From NCBI GenBank assembly GCA_964402285.1, contig CAYOAZ010000043.1:40524-104523 (forward strand): DNA of 64,000 nt, in the 5' to 3' direction. Source of the stretch: an uncultured Anaerolineae bacterium. GTDB taxonomy: Bacteria > Chloroflexota > Anaerolineae > JAADDB01. A model generated the notes under the pieces. The model saw only the letters and a program-made list of their open reading frames with translations, had not been told where the DNA came from and searched no databases. Positions 9,040-18,650 of this stretch are shown here, one piece after another. Every line of letters begins with the position of its first letter. The first letter of the stretch is position 1. A program made the translations under genes and the position numbers.

Positions 9040-10953
9040 ATGCCCTACGGATATCACGGTCGTATTTTACACGTGGATTTGACCAATGGTTCCTTGGAAG
9101 TGGAGACACCGGATGAGCATTTTTACCGCAAGTACATGGGGGGAAGTGCACTAGGTATGTACTACGCGTTACGCCTTATTCCTCCGGGGATAGATCCTTT
9201 GGGGCCCGAGAACGTGTTGATTCTTTCTACGAGTGTCATTACCGGCGCACCAATTTCTGGCCTTTCTCGCGTGACAGCCACAGCAAAATCCCCCTTAACT
9301 GGAGCCATCGGAGATTCCCAGGCGGGTGGGTATTTCCCGGCAGAACTCAAGTTCGCCGGTTTTGATGCCATTGTAATCAAAGGGAAGTCGACCAAGCCTG
9401 TATACCTTTGGATACATGACGGAGAGGCTGAGATTCGCGATGCCTCCCACTTGTGGGGCAAGGTGACGGGCGAGGTAGAAGATTTAATTGCCGAGGAATT
9501 GGGCGAACGGAAATTGCAAATACTCCAGGTAGGGCCGGCAGGCGAAAAGGGGGTGCGCATAGCCGCACTCATTAACATGGCCAACCGCGCTAATGGACGC
9601 ACGGGTATGGGCGCGGTCATGGGCAGCAAGAACTTGAAGGCTGTTGTGGTGCGAGGCTCCAATAAATGGCGTCCTCAAATTGCCGACCCAGAGGCGCTGC
9701 GCGCTTTAGCACGTTGGGGTGCACAGCATTTAGACACCTCCGATGTCGCCGGGTTAGGAATTTTCGGTACGGCTGGAATTGTCCTCTCTCAAAATAAGGG
9801 GGGCGGGCTTCCGACCCGCAATTGGCAGGCCGGGTATTTTGAAACAGCGGCTCAAATTTCCGGCCAACGCATGGCCGAAACGATCCTTCAGGAGCGCGAT
9901 ACGTGCTATGGATGCGTTATTCGGTGCAAGCGTGTCGTTAAAGTAGAAAGTGAACGCTATCCTGTGGATCCTCGCTATGGTGGCCCTGAGTACGAAACCT
10001 TAGCAACCTTTGGGTCATACTGTGGGGTTGACGATTTGGAGGCCGTTGCGTACGCCAATCAGATATGCAACATGTACGGTCTAGATACGATTTCCACTGG
10101 GGCCACAATTGCTTGGGCCATGGATTGTTTTGAACGGGGGCTTATTACCACAGAAGATACGGGCGGCATTGAACTGCGGTTTGGTAACGCGGAGGCCATG
10201 GTTCAGATGACAGAGATGATTGCCAAACGGGAGGGATTTGGGGATATTTTGGCCGAAGGCTCTGCGCGTGCAGCCCAAATCATTGGCCGTGGTACAGAAG
10301 AGCGTTTAAGCACGGTGAAAGGGCAAGAGATGCCGGCCCATATGCCCCACGTCAAACGGTCATTGGGGTTGATTTACGCGGTTAATCCCTTTGGCGCGGA
10401 TCATGAGTCCAGCGAACACGATCCTGCCTATAAAGCATACCCGGAACGTATGGCTACCCTCGATCTAAAAGACCCTGTAGGACGTATGGTGTTAAATGGG
10501 GAGAAGGTAAAATTCGCTGTCCGTACTCAATGGTATTACAGCCTTATGGACACGATTAATGTGTGCCATTTTGTATACGGTCCCTCCTGGCAGTTGTACG
10601 ATGTGAATCAATTGGTGGACGTTGTCCGAGCAGTTACTGGGTGGAACGTAAGTTTGTACGAGTTGTTGGAGGTAGGACGACGCCGTTTGAACATGCTCCG
10701 GGCCTTTAATGCACGGGAAGGTATCGGCCGTGAACAGGACCGATTGCCACGTCGTTTCTTTAAGGAAGCTCTGCAAGGGGGACGTTCAGATGGGATTGTA
10801 CTGGATGAAGCGGAGTTGGAACAGGCCAAGGACCTTTACTATGCTATGAATGGATGGGACCTACAGAGTGGCACTCCTACACGAGCGGCCTTGGAGAGTG
10901 TGAGTTTGGGGTGGGTGGCCGACATGTTAGGTTTAGATGAGGAGAAAGCGTAG
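9040..10953 (+). CDS. Tungsten-containing aldehyde:ferredoxin oxidoreductase (AOR family), paralog 2
   Basis: AOR-like start 'MPYGYHGRILHVDLTNGS', preceded by GAAGGAGG 8 nt upstream. The ORF-track start at 8971 is probably too long. Full AOR architecture including the 'CYGCVIRCKR' Fe-S/W-pterin region. Confidence 0.85.
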   Translation: MPYGYHGRILHVDLTNGSLEVETPDEHFYRKYMGGSALGMYYALRLIPPGIDPLGPENVLILSTSVITGAPISGLSRVTATAKSPLTGAIGDSQAGGYFPAELKFAGFDAIVIKGKSTKPVYLWIHDGEAEIRDASHLWGKVTGEVEDLIAEELGERKLQILQVGPAGEKGVRIAALINMANRANGRTGMGAVMGSKNLKAVVVRGSNKWRPQIADPEALRALARWGAQHLDTSDVAGLGIFGTAGIVLSQNKGGGLPTRNWQAGYFETAAQISGQRMAETILQERDTCYGCVIRCKRVVKVESERYPVDPRYGGPEYETLATFGSYCGVDDLEAVAYANQICNMYGLDTISTGATIAWAMDCFERGLITTEDTGGIELRFGNAEAMVQMTEMIAKREGFGDILAEGSARAAQIIGRGTEERLSTVKGQEMPAHMPHVKRSLGLIYAVNPFGADHESSEHDPAYKAYPERMATLDLKDPVGRMVLNGEKVKFAVRTQWYYSLMDTINVCHFVYGPSWQLYDVNQLVDVVRAVTGWNVSLYELLEVGRRRLNMLRAFNAREGIGREQDRLPRRFFKEALQGGRSDGIVLDEAELEQAKDLYYAMNGWDLQSGTPTRAALESVSLGWVADMLGLDEEKA

Positions 10954-10962
10954 TAACACAAG

Positions 10963-12744
10963 ATGATAGATCAAGAGAACACCATTGAAGCGAATATCCT
11001 GCGAGCCGTTGCTAATGTGGCCGAGTGGTTTTTGCGCTCCGAGTGGGGAGCGGATTGGGATCGCGTTGTCCGGCGCGCGTTGGCTGAACTGGGAACGGCC
11101 GCGCGAGTGGATCGGGTCGTGGTCTTTGCCCGTCGTCCGCACTCTGAACGTGTGTACTTGCACCTTGCTTATGAATGGACGGCTCCGGGAGTGGCCCCAC
11201 GTGGCCCCCTCGATCCGGAAGATGAGTTAAAGTCTTGGTCCGAACTGGGCTTTGGCCGCTGGGCTGAATCCATGGCACGAGGCGGAATTATCTGTGGCGC
11301 GGTGCGGACTTTTCCGGAGGCAGAGCGATACATATTGGAGTCCAAAGGCGTTGTGAGCACTCTCTCAGTCCCTATTTTTGTTCAAGGCGAGTGGTGGGGA
11401 TTTATTGGGTTCGATGCCTGTCGTTATGAGCGTGAGTGGTCTCCTGCGGAGGTGAATGCTTTGAGGGCGGCTGCCAACATTCTGGCGGCCGCCCTGCAGC
11501 GGCACCGGGTTGAGGAACAGGCCCTACGTCATGCTGATGCACTCGCCATTGTGGGGGATATTATCAAAGCGCTCAATGCCTCCCCCCAAGTAACGGATGC
11601 CTTCCCCACGGTCGTAGCCGGCGTACGCCGCCTATCCGGATGTGATCGGGTTAGCCTGACGCTGCTTGAGGATGACCCACGTTGGTTCCGTGTTGTGGCT
11701 TTGGATCAGCCGCGAGTCGAGTTAAACCAGGGCGTCCGCCTGGCTGTTGAGGATACCTCGGTTGCCGATGACGTCCTGGCAGGGCGAGTTCACCTGACCC
11801 CGAGTCTGGCTCAAGAACTGCAAAAACCCGCGGAGCAAGCATTGTATCAAGCGGGACATCGTGCTCGAGTGAACATTCCTCTGAAGGTGCAGGGGCGAGT
11901 GCTTGGTTCTCTTAACCTTGCCTGGCCAACAGAGCAAACGTTTTCTGAGGATCTCATCCACTTTTTGCAGGATGTGGCCGATGCACTGGCGTTGGCTTTG
12001 GAGCGTACGTTCTACTATGAGGCGGCATTGAAAGCAAACGAAGAGTTACGCCGTGCACTAAACGTGCGTAGTGAGATTGTCCGAACAGTTTCTCACGAGT
12101 TACGGACTCCCTTAACGCTTGTCGTCGGGTCAGCGGAGTTGCTGGCAGAACGCCATGCCAATGATTTGCCGGAACGCGACCAAGAACTTATCCGGACTAT
12201 CGTCCAACAGGCTCGTCATGTGAGTTATCTTGTCAATGAATTCCTATCCTTCCACAAAGTGGAAGAGATGGAAATGGTTTTGCGAGAAGTTGATGTGCGT
12301 CGCCTTTTGGAAAATGTTGTTTCCTCCTGGTATCTTGTGTTTGAGAAAGCCGGACAACATTTACAGGTTGAGATCGCTCCGGATGTGGGTAAGGTTCAAG
12401 GACACACGGATCTTCTCATGCGGGTCCTCAATAACCTGCTCGACAATGCTCGCAAGTACAGTCCACCTGGATCTACCACAACACTAAATGCATGGGTTGA
12501 GGGTGATGAAGTCTTCATTGCTATCCAGGATCAAGGCATTGGAGTTCCACCCGACATGTTACCCCGCATTTTTGAACGTTTTTACCAGGTTGAGCGCCCA
12601 GAGCGGTACCCTACCAGTGGGCTAGGATTGGGTCTGGCTTTATGCAAGGAAATCGTCGAACGCCACAACGGTCGCATTTGGGCCGAAAGTGAAGGGCCCG
12701 GCACGGGCCTGCGCGTGGTCTTTACCCTGCGTCGAGTTCATTAG
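10963..12744 (+). CDS. Cytoplasmic sensor histidine kinase with two GAF domains (GAF-GAF-HisKA-HATPase)
   Basis: 593 aa with no TM segment. H-box 'SHELRTPLT', N-box 'NLLDNARKYS', G-boxes 'DQGIGVP' and 'GLGLGLALCKEIV'. It starts 10 nt after the AOR paralog 2 stop. No response regulator is adjacent. Confidence 0.8.
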   Translation: MIDQENTIEANILRAVANVAEWFLRSEWGADWDRVVRRALAELGTAARVDRVVVFARRPHSERVYLHLAYEWTAPGVAPRGPLDPEDELKSWSELGFGRWAESMARGGIICGAVRTFPEAERYILESKGVVSTLSVPIFVQGEWWGFIGFDACRYEREWSPAEVNALRAAANILAAALQRHRVEEQALRHADALAIVGDIIKALNASPQVTDAFPTVVAGVRRLSGCDRVSLTLLEDDPRWFRVVALDQPRVELNQGVRLAVEDTSVADDVLAGRVHLTPSLAQELQKPAEQALYQAGHRARVNIPLKVQGRVLGSLNLAWPTEQTFSEDLIHFLQDVADALALALERTFYYEAALKANEELRRALNVRSEIVRTVSHELRTPLTLVVGSAELLAERHANDLPERDQELIRTIVQQARHVSYLVNEFLSFHKVEEMEMVLREVDVRRLLENVVSSWYLVFEKAGQHLQVEIAPDVGKVQGHTDLLMRVLNNLLDNARKYSPPGSTTTLNAWVEGDEVFIAIQDQGIGVPPDMLPRIFERFYQVERPERYPTSGLGLGLALCKEIVERHNGRIWAESEGPGTGLRVVFTLRRVH

Positions 12745-14687
12745 GTGGTAGAGGCCCGTGGCACACAGTCTTCTACGTCATCGGGGAGTCCCCGTTTCTG
12801 GCGGTATTCCGGAAGAGTTATCATTGGCGGTCGCTCTCTCTCTATAATCTCTACAGTCTCGAGGTAATATCGGTTGGGCTCATAGCGGATGAGGTTCATG
12901 GTTTTGTTAATATCTGCCAGTAATCGGATTTTATGACGGTCTTCTAGTCGCCGGATAACAACCTGGATAATGGCAAAAGCCATCTTGGACAGGGCCTGAA
13001 GAGGCTGGTTGTGATGAACTCGTTCTAACAGGTCAACTTGCGCAATCGCGTGGAGCCCAAATCCCTCTAACATATCAATAAGCAAACCGGTTTCTACACC
13101 ATACCCTGTGAAGAAAGGTAGTCGTTCCAGGGCACTCCGTCGACCCGCATATTCCCCTGAAAGCGGTTGGATGAGCCCGGAAAGTTCAGGGAAAAAGAGG
13201 TTAAGCAATGGGCGTGCAGTTAATTCAGTTACCCGGCCCCCGCCTCCGGCGACTAATTTGTTACCCTGCCGCAGGGGGCGACGATAAAAGCCCTTAACGT
13301 ACATAATGCGTGGATTCTTCAGAAGAGGTCCCAAAATTCCGTACACGAAGCGCGGGTGTATGTTCTTAATATCTGTGTCAATCCAGGCGATAATATCGCC
13401 GTTGAGGATGTAAAGGCTCTTCCAGAGGGCCTCGCCTTTTCCGTGGTAGGCCCCGTATTGGGTAAGTACCTCTTGGTGAATGTAAACGGGAATTCCAAGG
13501 TCCGCAGCAATTTCACGGGTGTAATCCACTGAACCGGAATCTATAAGCACTATCTCATCCAGCAAGGGAAAGCGTTCCATAAGGGCGCTTTTAACTGTCT
13601 GAATGACATTCCCAACGGTTTCTTCTTCGTTTAAGGCAGGTAACCCAAGACTGATGGTTAGTCCTTGCTCTTCCTTTAACTCGACCAGACGCTCAATTTC
13701 CTCGAATTCGCGACTGTGGAAGGTATTCTCCGCAAACCATTTATTGACAATAACGGTCAGAGGTTTTTCGATATGGGCTCTTTCTTCTTGTTCTTTTGTG
13801 ATATATGTTGTTACTTCCGGGGCTCGTTCCTTGGTAACTATAACGGACGCCCGCGTGTTGCGTGTTACTTCTCGGAGAATCGGGCCAATCCAACCGTCGG
13901 GATCAACCCGGCGTACTGATGCGCCCATGACAATTAATTCGTGATCAGAAGCTTCGCGGAGAATGGCCGTGGCCACGTCACCTACAGCAGTAATGGTACG
14001 GGTTACGCTGTCCAGTTGGTGCAAGGCCGGTGCCCATGTAGATTGAAACTGTTCGGCATCTTCGTACCGTGGCGGTTCCGACACGTGTAATATAGTGATG
14101 TCAGCCTGCAATGCGTCGGCCAACGCGTCAGCCACCGCCAGGGAAAGAGAGGCATGAGGCCCTCCACGGATAGGGAGGAGAATGCGTTTGATATTGCTCC
14201 AATCCTGCTCCTGTCGTAATTGCTCACCCGGGCGAACAATGACAACATCACAAGGCGGATTGGCCAACCGCGGGTCTTCCAGGGGCCCCAAGACCGGGGA
14301 CAGGGTGTCGCTAGACCAGCCCAGGATAAGCATGTCAATGTTTTCCTGGCGGACAGTCTCCCAGATTCCCTCCCAAATTTCATGGGCCACACGCACAACG
14401 GTGCGAACCGGCACGTCGCTCATTCCTTTCTGGGACAGGAATTCGTCTATTTGTTGCCGTACACGGCTGGCCTCTGCTGCGCCTTCGCTTAATGGCCGTC
14501 CTTCCGGTACTGCAACGACGTGGAGGAGAATAACTTGCCCTTGGTAGGTTTTGGCCAGCGTCCTTGCTACGGGGAGCAGGATTTCGGCTTCTTCACGACT
14601 CCCCAAAGGGAGCAAAATGCGATATCCGTGTCTGGGCTGGATTTCCCAGGTGTGGCGCGCTTTAGTTCGACGTACTTCAGTTCGCAT
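12741..14687 (-). CDS. gpgS: Fusion protein: two universal stress protein (UspA) domains plus a glucosyl-3-phosphoglycerate synthase (GpgS, GT81) domain
   Basis: 648 aa. The C-terminal ~330 aa align collinearly with mycobacterial GpgS ('LPALNEEETVG', 'DSGSVD', 'HGKGEALW', 'DTD', 'GGGRVTEL', 'GYGVETGLLID', 'AIAQVDL'). The N-terminal ~300 aa form two Usp-like alpha/beta modules. The stop overlaps the histidine kinase stop (convergent). Confidence 0.75.
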   Translation of the reverse strand: MRTEVRRTKARHTWEIQPRHGYRILLPLGSREEAEILLPVARTLAKTYQGQVILLHVVAVPEGRPLSEGAAEASRVRQQIDEFLSQKGMSDVPVRTVVRVAHEIWEGIWETVRQENIDMLILGWSSDTLSPVLGPLEDPRLANPPCDVVIVRPGEQLRQEQDWSNIKRILLPIRGGPHASLSLAVADALADALQADITILHVSEPPRYEDAEQFQSTWAPALHQLDSVTRTITAVGDVATAILREASDHELIVMGASVRRVDPDGWIGPILREVTRNTRASVIVTKERAPEVTTYITKEQEERAHIEKPLTVIVNKWFAENTFHSREFEEIERLVELKEEQGLTISLGLPALNEEETVGNVIQTVKSALMERFPLLDEIVLIDSGSVDYTREIAADLGIPVYIHQEVLTQYGAYHGKGEALWKSLYILNGDIIAWIDTDIKNIHPRFVYGILGPLLKNPRIMYVKGFYRRPLRQGNKLVAGGGGRVTELTARPLLNLFFPELSGLIQPLSGEYAGRRSALERLPFFTGYGVETGLLIDMLEGFGLHAIAQVDLLERVHHNQPLQALSKMAFAIIQVVIRRLEDRHKIRLLADINKTMNLIRYEPNRYYLETVEIIERERPPMITLPEYRQKRGLPDDVEDCVPRASTT

Positions 14688-15928
14688 TATTTCTTCTCCT
14701 TTTGGATAAGCGGTAAAACTTTCTTTTCCAGGATATTATCCCATGTGTAGTTTGTCAGTACGCGTTTTCGTAAGTGGTACGTGGAATTCGTCTCTAAATG
14801 CTGCACGATTTGACGGGCGACAGACTGAGGGGAAGCATCTAAAGCGAAACGTATGGCCCACGGCCCTGCACTTTCTTGTACCGGGGGGATATCCGATGCA
14901 AAGACCAGCAGTCGAGCAAGGCCTGCTTCTAAAATGGGAATGCCAAAGCCTTCGCGTTTGCTGGGGAAGATTAGCACATCCGCTAATTGGTATAGATCGC
15001 TCATCATCGCGTCGGTAACGTGGAGGGGGGTGTCCCCGTCCCCGTATTCGTACAGGAAGTGAACGTGCTCTTCTAATCCTAGTTGAGCGCGGCGCTCCCT
15101 TAAATAATTCAAATAGGCGATATTTGATGGGTTGTGCGGCCCTGGTGGCCCAGTGACAACAAGGCGCGCTAATGGCATCTCTTGGACTAATGCTCCCATA
15201 ATTTCAATGGCGAACTCTATGTTCTTCCGTCGCGTAATACGCGCCGGTAATAGAATCAAAGGGGCGGCGTCCAGGAGATGAAGACGACTTACTAGGCGTT
15301 GCGTTTCCTTTTCCAATTTCAGGAACTGGGACACATCAACACCAGGCGGGACAACATGTATGGATGATTCAGGCACACCCAAGAGGTCGGCCAGAAGTTG
15401 TCGGCGGTGTTGTGAGACAGCGACGTAAACAACATGAGGCCACGGGGTGCGCAAAAGATCCCACGGATATCCGGGATGCATTTCCGGTATGTATAACTCA
15501 TCACGCCAGGCAAAGTCATGTGCCCACGCGATAAAGTGAGTAATGCGTTCCTGAACCAGGTCGTAGAGGGCGGCCGTCAATGCCATATTTTTGTGTAATG
15601 TCATCGCGTTGTGAACGATGACGGCTTGAGCCTCCCCAATGTGCGGCCGCAAACGTTCACGTAAATGTTCTCGAAGCGCATGAAATTTAGCGGGTATGTG
15701 CCCTTTGGCAAGAGATTGGGTGATGCTCAGGATATCCGGATGACGGGAGTTTATTTCAGGAATCACGCTCACCTTTACCTTCGGGTGAAAGGGCTCCCCT
15801 CGTCCGACGATGACGTGCACAGGATAGCCGTGTTCGGCTAACCAGCGCGCGTGGTGAAAGATGGTAATCTCTACTCCTCCAATTGTTGGCGGTCCTGCAT
15901 AATGTAACATTACGATGGGTTGGGTCAT
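14687..15928 (-). CDS. GT4-family (GT-B) glycosyltransferase
   Basis: 413 aa. 'HYAGPPTIGGVEI' N-terminal glycine loop and the C-terminal E-x7-E motif 'PSKREGFGIPILEA'. It overlaps the downstream gpgS-fusion start by 1 nt. Confidence 0.7.
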   Translation of the reverse strand: MTQPIVMLHYAGPPTIGGVEITIFHHARWLAEHGYPVHVIVGRGEPFHPKVKVSVIPEINSRHPDILSITQSLAKGHIPAKFHALREHLRERLRPHIGEAQAVIVHNAMTLHKNMALTAALYDLVQERITHFIAWAHDFAWRDELYIPEMHPGYPWDLLRTPWPHVVYVAVSQHRRQLLADLLGVPESSIHVVPPGVDVSQFLKLEKETQRLVSRLHLLDAAPLILLPARITRRKNIEFAIEIMGALVQEMPLARLVVTGPPGPHNPSNIAYLNYLRERRAQLGLEEHVHFLYEYGDGDTPLHVTDAMMSDLYQLADVLIFPSKREGFGIPILEAGLARLLVFASDIPPVQESAGPWAIRFALDASPQSVARQIVQHLETNSTYHLRKRVLTNYTWDNILEKKVLPLIQKEKK

Positions 15929-15931
15929 CCT

Positions 15932-17212
15932 TTAATCTCCGCAGCATTCGCTCATTAAGGCGATAAGCCTTTTTTCCAACGTGCGATAGGAATAATAACG
16001 CCGTCCAAGTTCGTAGTTGTGCTCACCCATTGCTCGGGCTAATTCTGGATCGTGTAGCAAATGCCGGGCTTTGCGCACGGTGTCGTCGTCTACGAACTCG
16101 GAAAAGGTAATTACCTTAAAACCTTTGGGTTGTATGTCCACGCGAAATATCTCATAAGCACTCATTACTATTGGCCGTTTGTAGTAGATAGTTTCCAGGA
16201 ATGCATTTCCGAATCCTTCTAAGGCAGAAGGGTAGGTGACCAGATCCGCATGTTGATACGCGTCGGCCAGAGAGTAGATTTTACGCCCTTTTTCATCCCG
16301 GCCGCGGTGGTAGGAAATGCGGTCTGCTGCTAAACGGACATCCACTCCCATTAAAGAGGCATATTCTAGCAGGTAGTGCGCATAGGCATCCCCTTCATCC
16401 CCGGAAGCGTGAGAGATGACAAGCACCGCGGGGAGTTCTAAGCGTCGCACTAACTCTATAGCGTGCTCTATACGCTTACGTGGTACTATGCGCGTGGGTT
16501 GGAGGATGAAGTACGTTCCCGGAGGGATGTCCAGTGCTTCGCGGAGATCGCTGGCATACGCATCGGGTGGGGCCGGGGGATGTTCGAAATCCATGACATT
16601 TGGAATTAATGTGGAACTGGCTCCGGTGCGTAAGGCTAATTGGGCCCGGGCAAAGGAATTTATCACCACGTGCTGCAGTGAGGGTAAGACCGGAGGAAAT
16701 GCTGCCCGGAGATAATCAGCCGCCGCGTTGACCGCATAGCGAACGCGTTCCCAGTAAAAATCGTGGTGGTGCCCAATGGCCGGAATCTCTGTCTCGGCAA
16801 TGAACTCGGTGAGAGCAAGGCCTAATGGAACGTTCATGGGCAAGGACAACGCGTTTTCTACGATGAGCAGGTTGATGTCGAAGCGTTTGCGGAATTGGTG
16901 AAGGTGGTACTTCAGGTGGTCTTTGAGTTTACGCACTCGCTCCGAGGTGTCTGGGGTCCTAATATAATCGTCAAATAAGTCTGCAGTAAGTGAGACGATA
17001 TCCGGGTGCTTGAAGTGGGCCTCCGGAACGAGATAACTTCGCTCTGCCGGCCAGTCCAATTCGCCGGCAAAGTAGAAACGTTGATGCCCCATATCTGCAA
17101 GCACGGCGTCCCATTTTTGTGTTTCCAGGGACACCCCGTCCGTGCCGGCCAGCCGTGTGGAGACGAAACCAATCCGTGACCGCAATGCAGTTTTGGGAAC
17201 GTGTACGTGCAT
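15932..17212 (-). CDS. GT4-family glycosyltransferase, tandem paralog B
   Basis: 426 aa. 'IGFVSTRLAGTDGVSLET', 'IPAIGHHHDFYWER' and 'PSALEGFGNAFLE' (E-x7-E). It shares long collinear blocks with the 17312-18586 gene. Confidence 0.7.
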   Translation of the reverse strand: MHVHVPKTALRSRIGFVSTRLAGTDGVSLETQKWDAVLADMGHQRFYFAGELDWPAERSYLVPEAHFKHPDIVSLTADLFDDYIRTPDTSERVRKLKDHLKYHLHQFRKRFDINLLIVENALSLPMNVPLGLALTEFIAETEIPAIGHHHDFYWERVRYAVNAAADYLRAAFPPVLPSLQHVVINSFARAQLALRTGASSTLIPNVMDFEHPPAPPDAYASDLREALDIPPGTYFILQPTRIVPRKRIEHAIELVRRLELPAVLVISHASGDEGDAYAHYLLEYASLMGVDVRLAADRISYHRGRDEKGRKIYSLADAYQHADLVTYPSALEGFGNAFLETIYYKRPIVMSAYEIFRVDIQPKGFKVITFSEFVDDDTVRKARHLLHDPELARAMGEHNYELGRRYYSYRTLEKRLIALMSECCGD

Positions 17213-17311
17213 TGGCGTATATCCTCCCTGAGTGTTCCCTGAACATGTTACGACAGGCCTCGCTAAACGTCAAACAGCCCTCAATCTTCCCCTTCGGTCG
17301 TTTCTCCGTCC

Positions 17312-18586
17312 TCAAGAGATTGTACACGCTTGCAATAGACGTTGTAGGTAGGGGGTGATCGCCTCGTAGGAGAAGTGATGTAATGCCAGGTAGTAGTTGT
17401 ACTCCACCATGCGACGACGGCGAACCGGGTCGATGATGGCTTCTATAGTGGCTTCTACGGTTTCGTCAGTAATGGCGCCCTCTATTTCGATAAGGTCAAA
17501 CCCCAGGGGGGCGATATCGGATACATAAACGCTATATCGATTTACCAGGGTGGGTAATCTAAAGTATATACTTTCCAAAAGGGCATTGCCGAACCCTTCG
17601 TACCGACTGGGATATGTGACAAAATCCGCGTGGATGTATGCATCCCACAGGGAGTAAATCTTTTCCGGTCCTTCACGGCGGGGGCGGGGGGCAAAACGAG
17701 TGGCCGCGTAAATGAGGGGGACCCCACTCTCTTGGGCTTTACGCTCCAGTTCCTCCAGATAATCGAACCCTTCGTCACCCGCGTGGTGGGTAATAACCAA
17801 TACTGGATGTTTGTTTAGGAGTCGCCTCATGTTTTGTGGTTCCCGCAACCGACGAACGAGTTCAATGGAAAGTTCGATACCTTTCCGACGTACCACACGC
17901 GTGGGTTGCAGAATAAACAGGTCATCATCGTCAAGGCCCAACGATCCCCTTAAATCCCTCGCAAAGGCGGACAATCCAGGTGCTGCACGAGCGAAGTCAA
18001 AAATGTTCGGGATAACTACACTTTCCACCCCGCGACGCTCTTTAAGACTTTTCTGGGCTGGTGTGTTGATGACAACATGATGAATGTTTGGGAGGTTGGG
18101 AGGGAAGGCGTATTCAAGAATGTCGGAGATGCAATTTACGGCAAATCGCTCGCGCTCCCAATAAAAGTCATGGTGGTGGCCAATGGTGGGAATTCCCGTT
18201 TCTTCTATAATTTCGGTGAGCGCTACGCCCAGGGGGATGTTCATGGGAATAGCTAAAACATTTTCCGCGATGAGTACGTCAAGACGAAACGCGTCGATAA
18301 ATCGATGAAGGTACTCCTTGAGTTCTTGGGCCAGAGTTTGTATGCGCGGGTACAAGTCCGCAACCGGAGTCGTTGTGCCAAACGCGTGGTCGTGAATCCA
18401 ACGCACTTCAGGATGAGCAAAGTGCATTCGCGGTACCAATAGACCTGCCGGGCCATCGGGTTCCAATTCGCCAGCACAGTAGTACACATGGTGGCCTAAA
18501 CGTCGGAAAATGGTGGCCCATTTTCCGGTTTCTAGAGAGACTCCATCTGTACCTGCCAACCGCGTTGATACAAAACCGATGTTCAT
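17312..18586 (-). CDS. GT4-family glycosyltransferase, tandem paralog A
   Basis: 424 aa. 'IGFVSTRLAGTDGVSLET', 'IPTIGHHHDFYWER' and 'PSRYEGFGNALLE'. It is the paralog of 15932-17212. Confidence 0.7.
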   Translation of the reverse strand: MNIGFVSTRLAGTDGVSLETGKWATIFRRLGHHVYYCAGELEPDGPAGLLVPRMHFAHPEVRWIHDHAFGTTTPVADLYPRIQTLAQELKEYLHRFIDAFRLDVLIAENVLAIPMNIPLGVALTEIIEETGIPTIGHHHDFYWERERFAVNCISDILEYAFPPNLPNIHHVVINTPAQKSLKERRGVESVVIPNIFDFARAAPGLSAFARDLRGSLGLDDDDLFILQPTRVVRRKGIELSIELVRRLREPQNMRRLLNKHPVLVITHHAGDEGFDYLEELERKAQESGVPLIYAATRFAPRPRREGPEKIYSLWDAYIHADFVTYPSRYEGFGNALLESIYFRLPTLVNRYSVYVSDIAPLGFDLIEIEGAITDETVEATIEAIIDPVRRRRMVEYNYYLALHHFSYEAITPYLQRLLQACTIS

Positions 18587-18650
18587 GTCCTCTTCCCCGA
18601 TCTCTTTACCCCTGGTAAATTTGAAGTTGTCTCACCTAATTGTACGTCGA

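Noticed and set aside
15932-18586. Specific naming of the paralogous GT4 enzymes (for example sucrose-phosphate synthase, MggA or TreT)
   Set aside because: Only the generic GT4 E-x7-E and donor-loop motifs are recognisable. No diagnostic match to a characterised enzyme could be made without a search.
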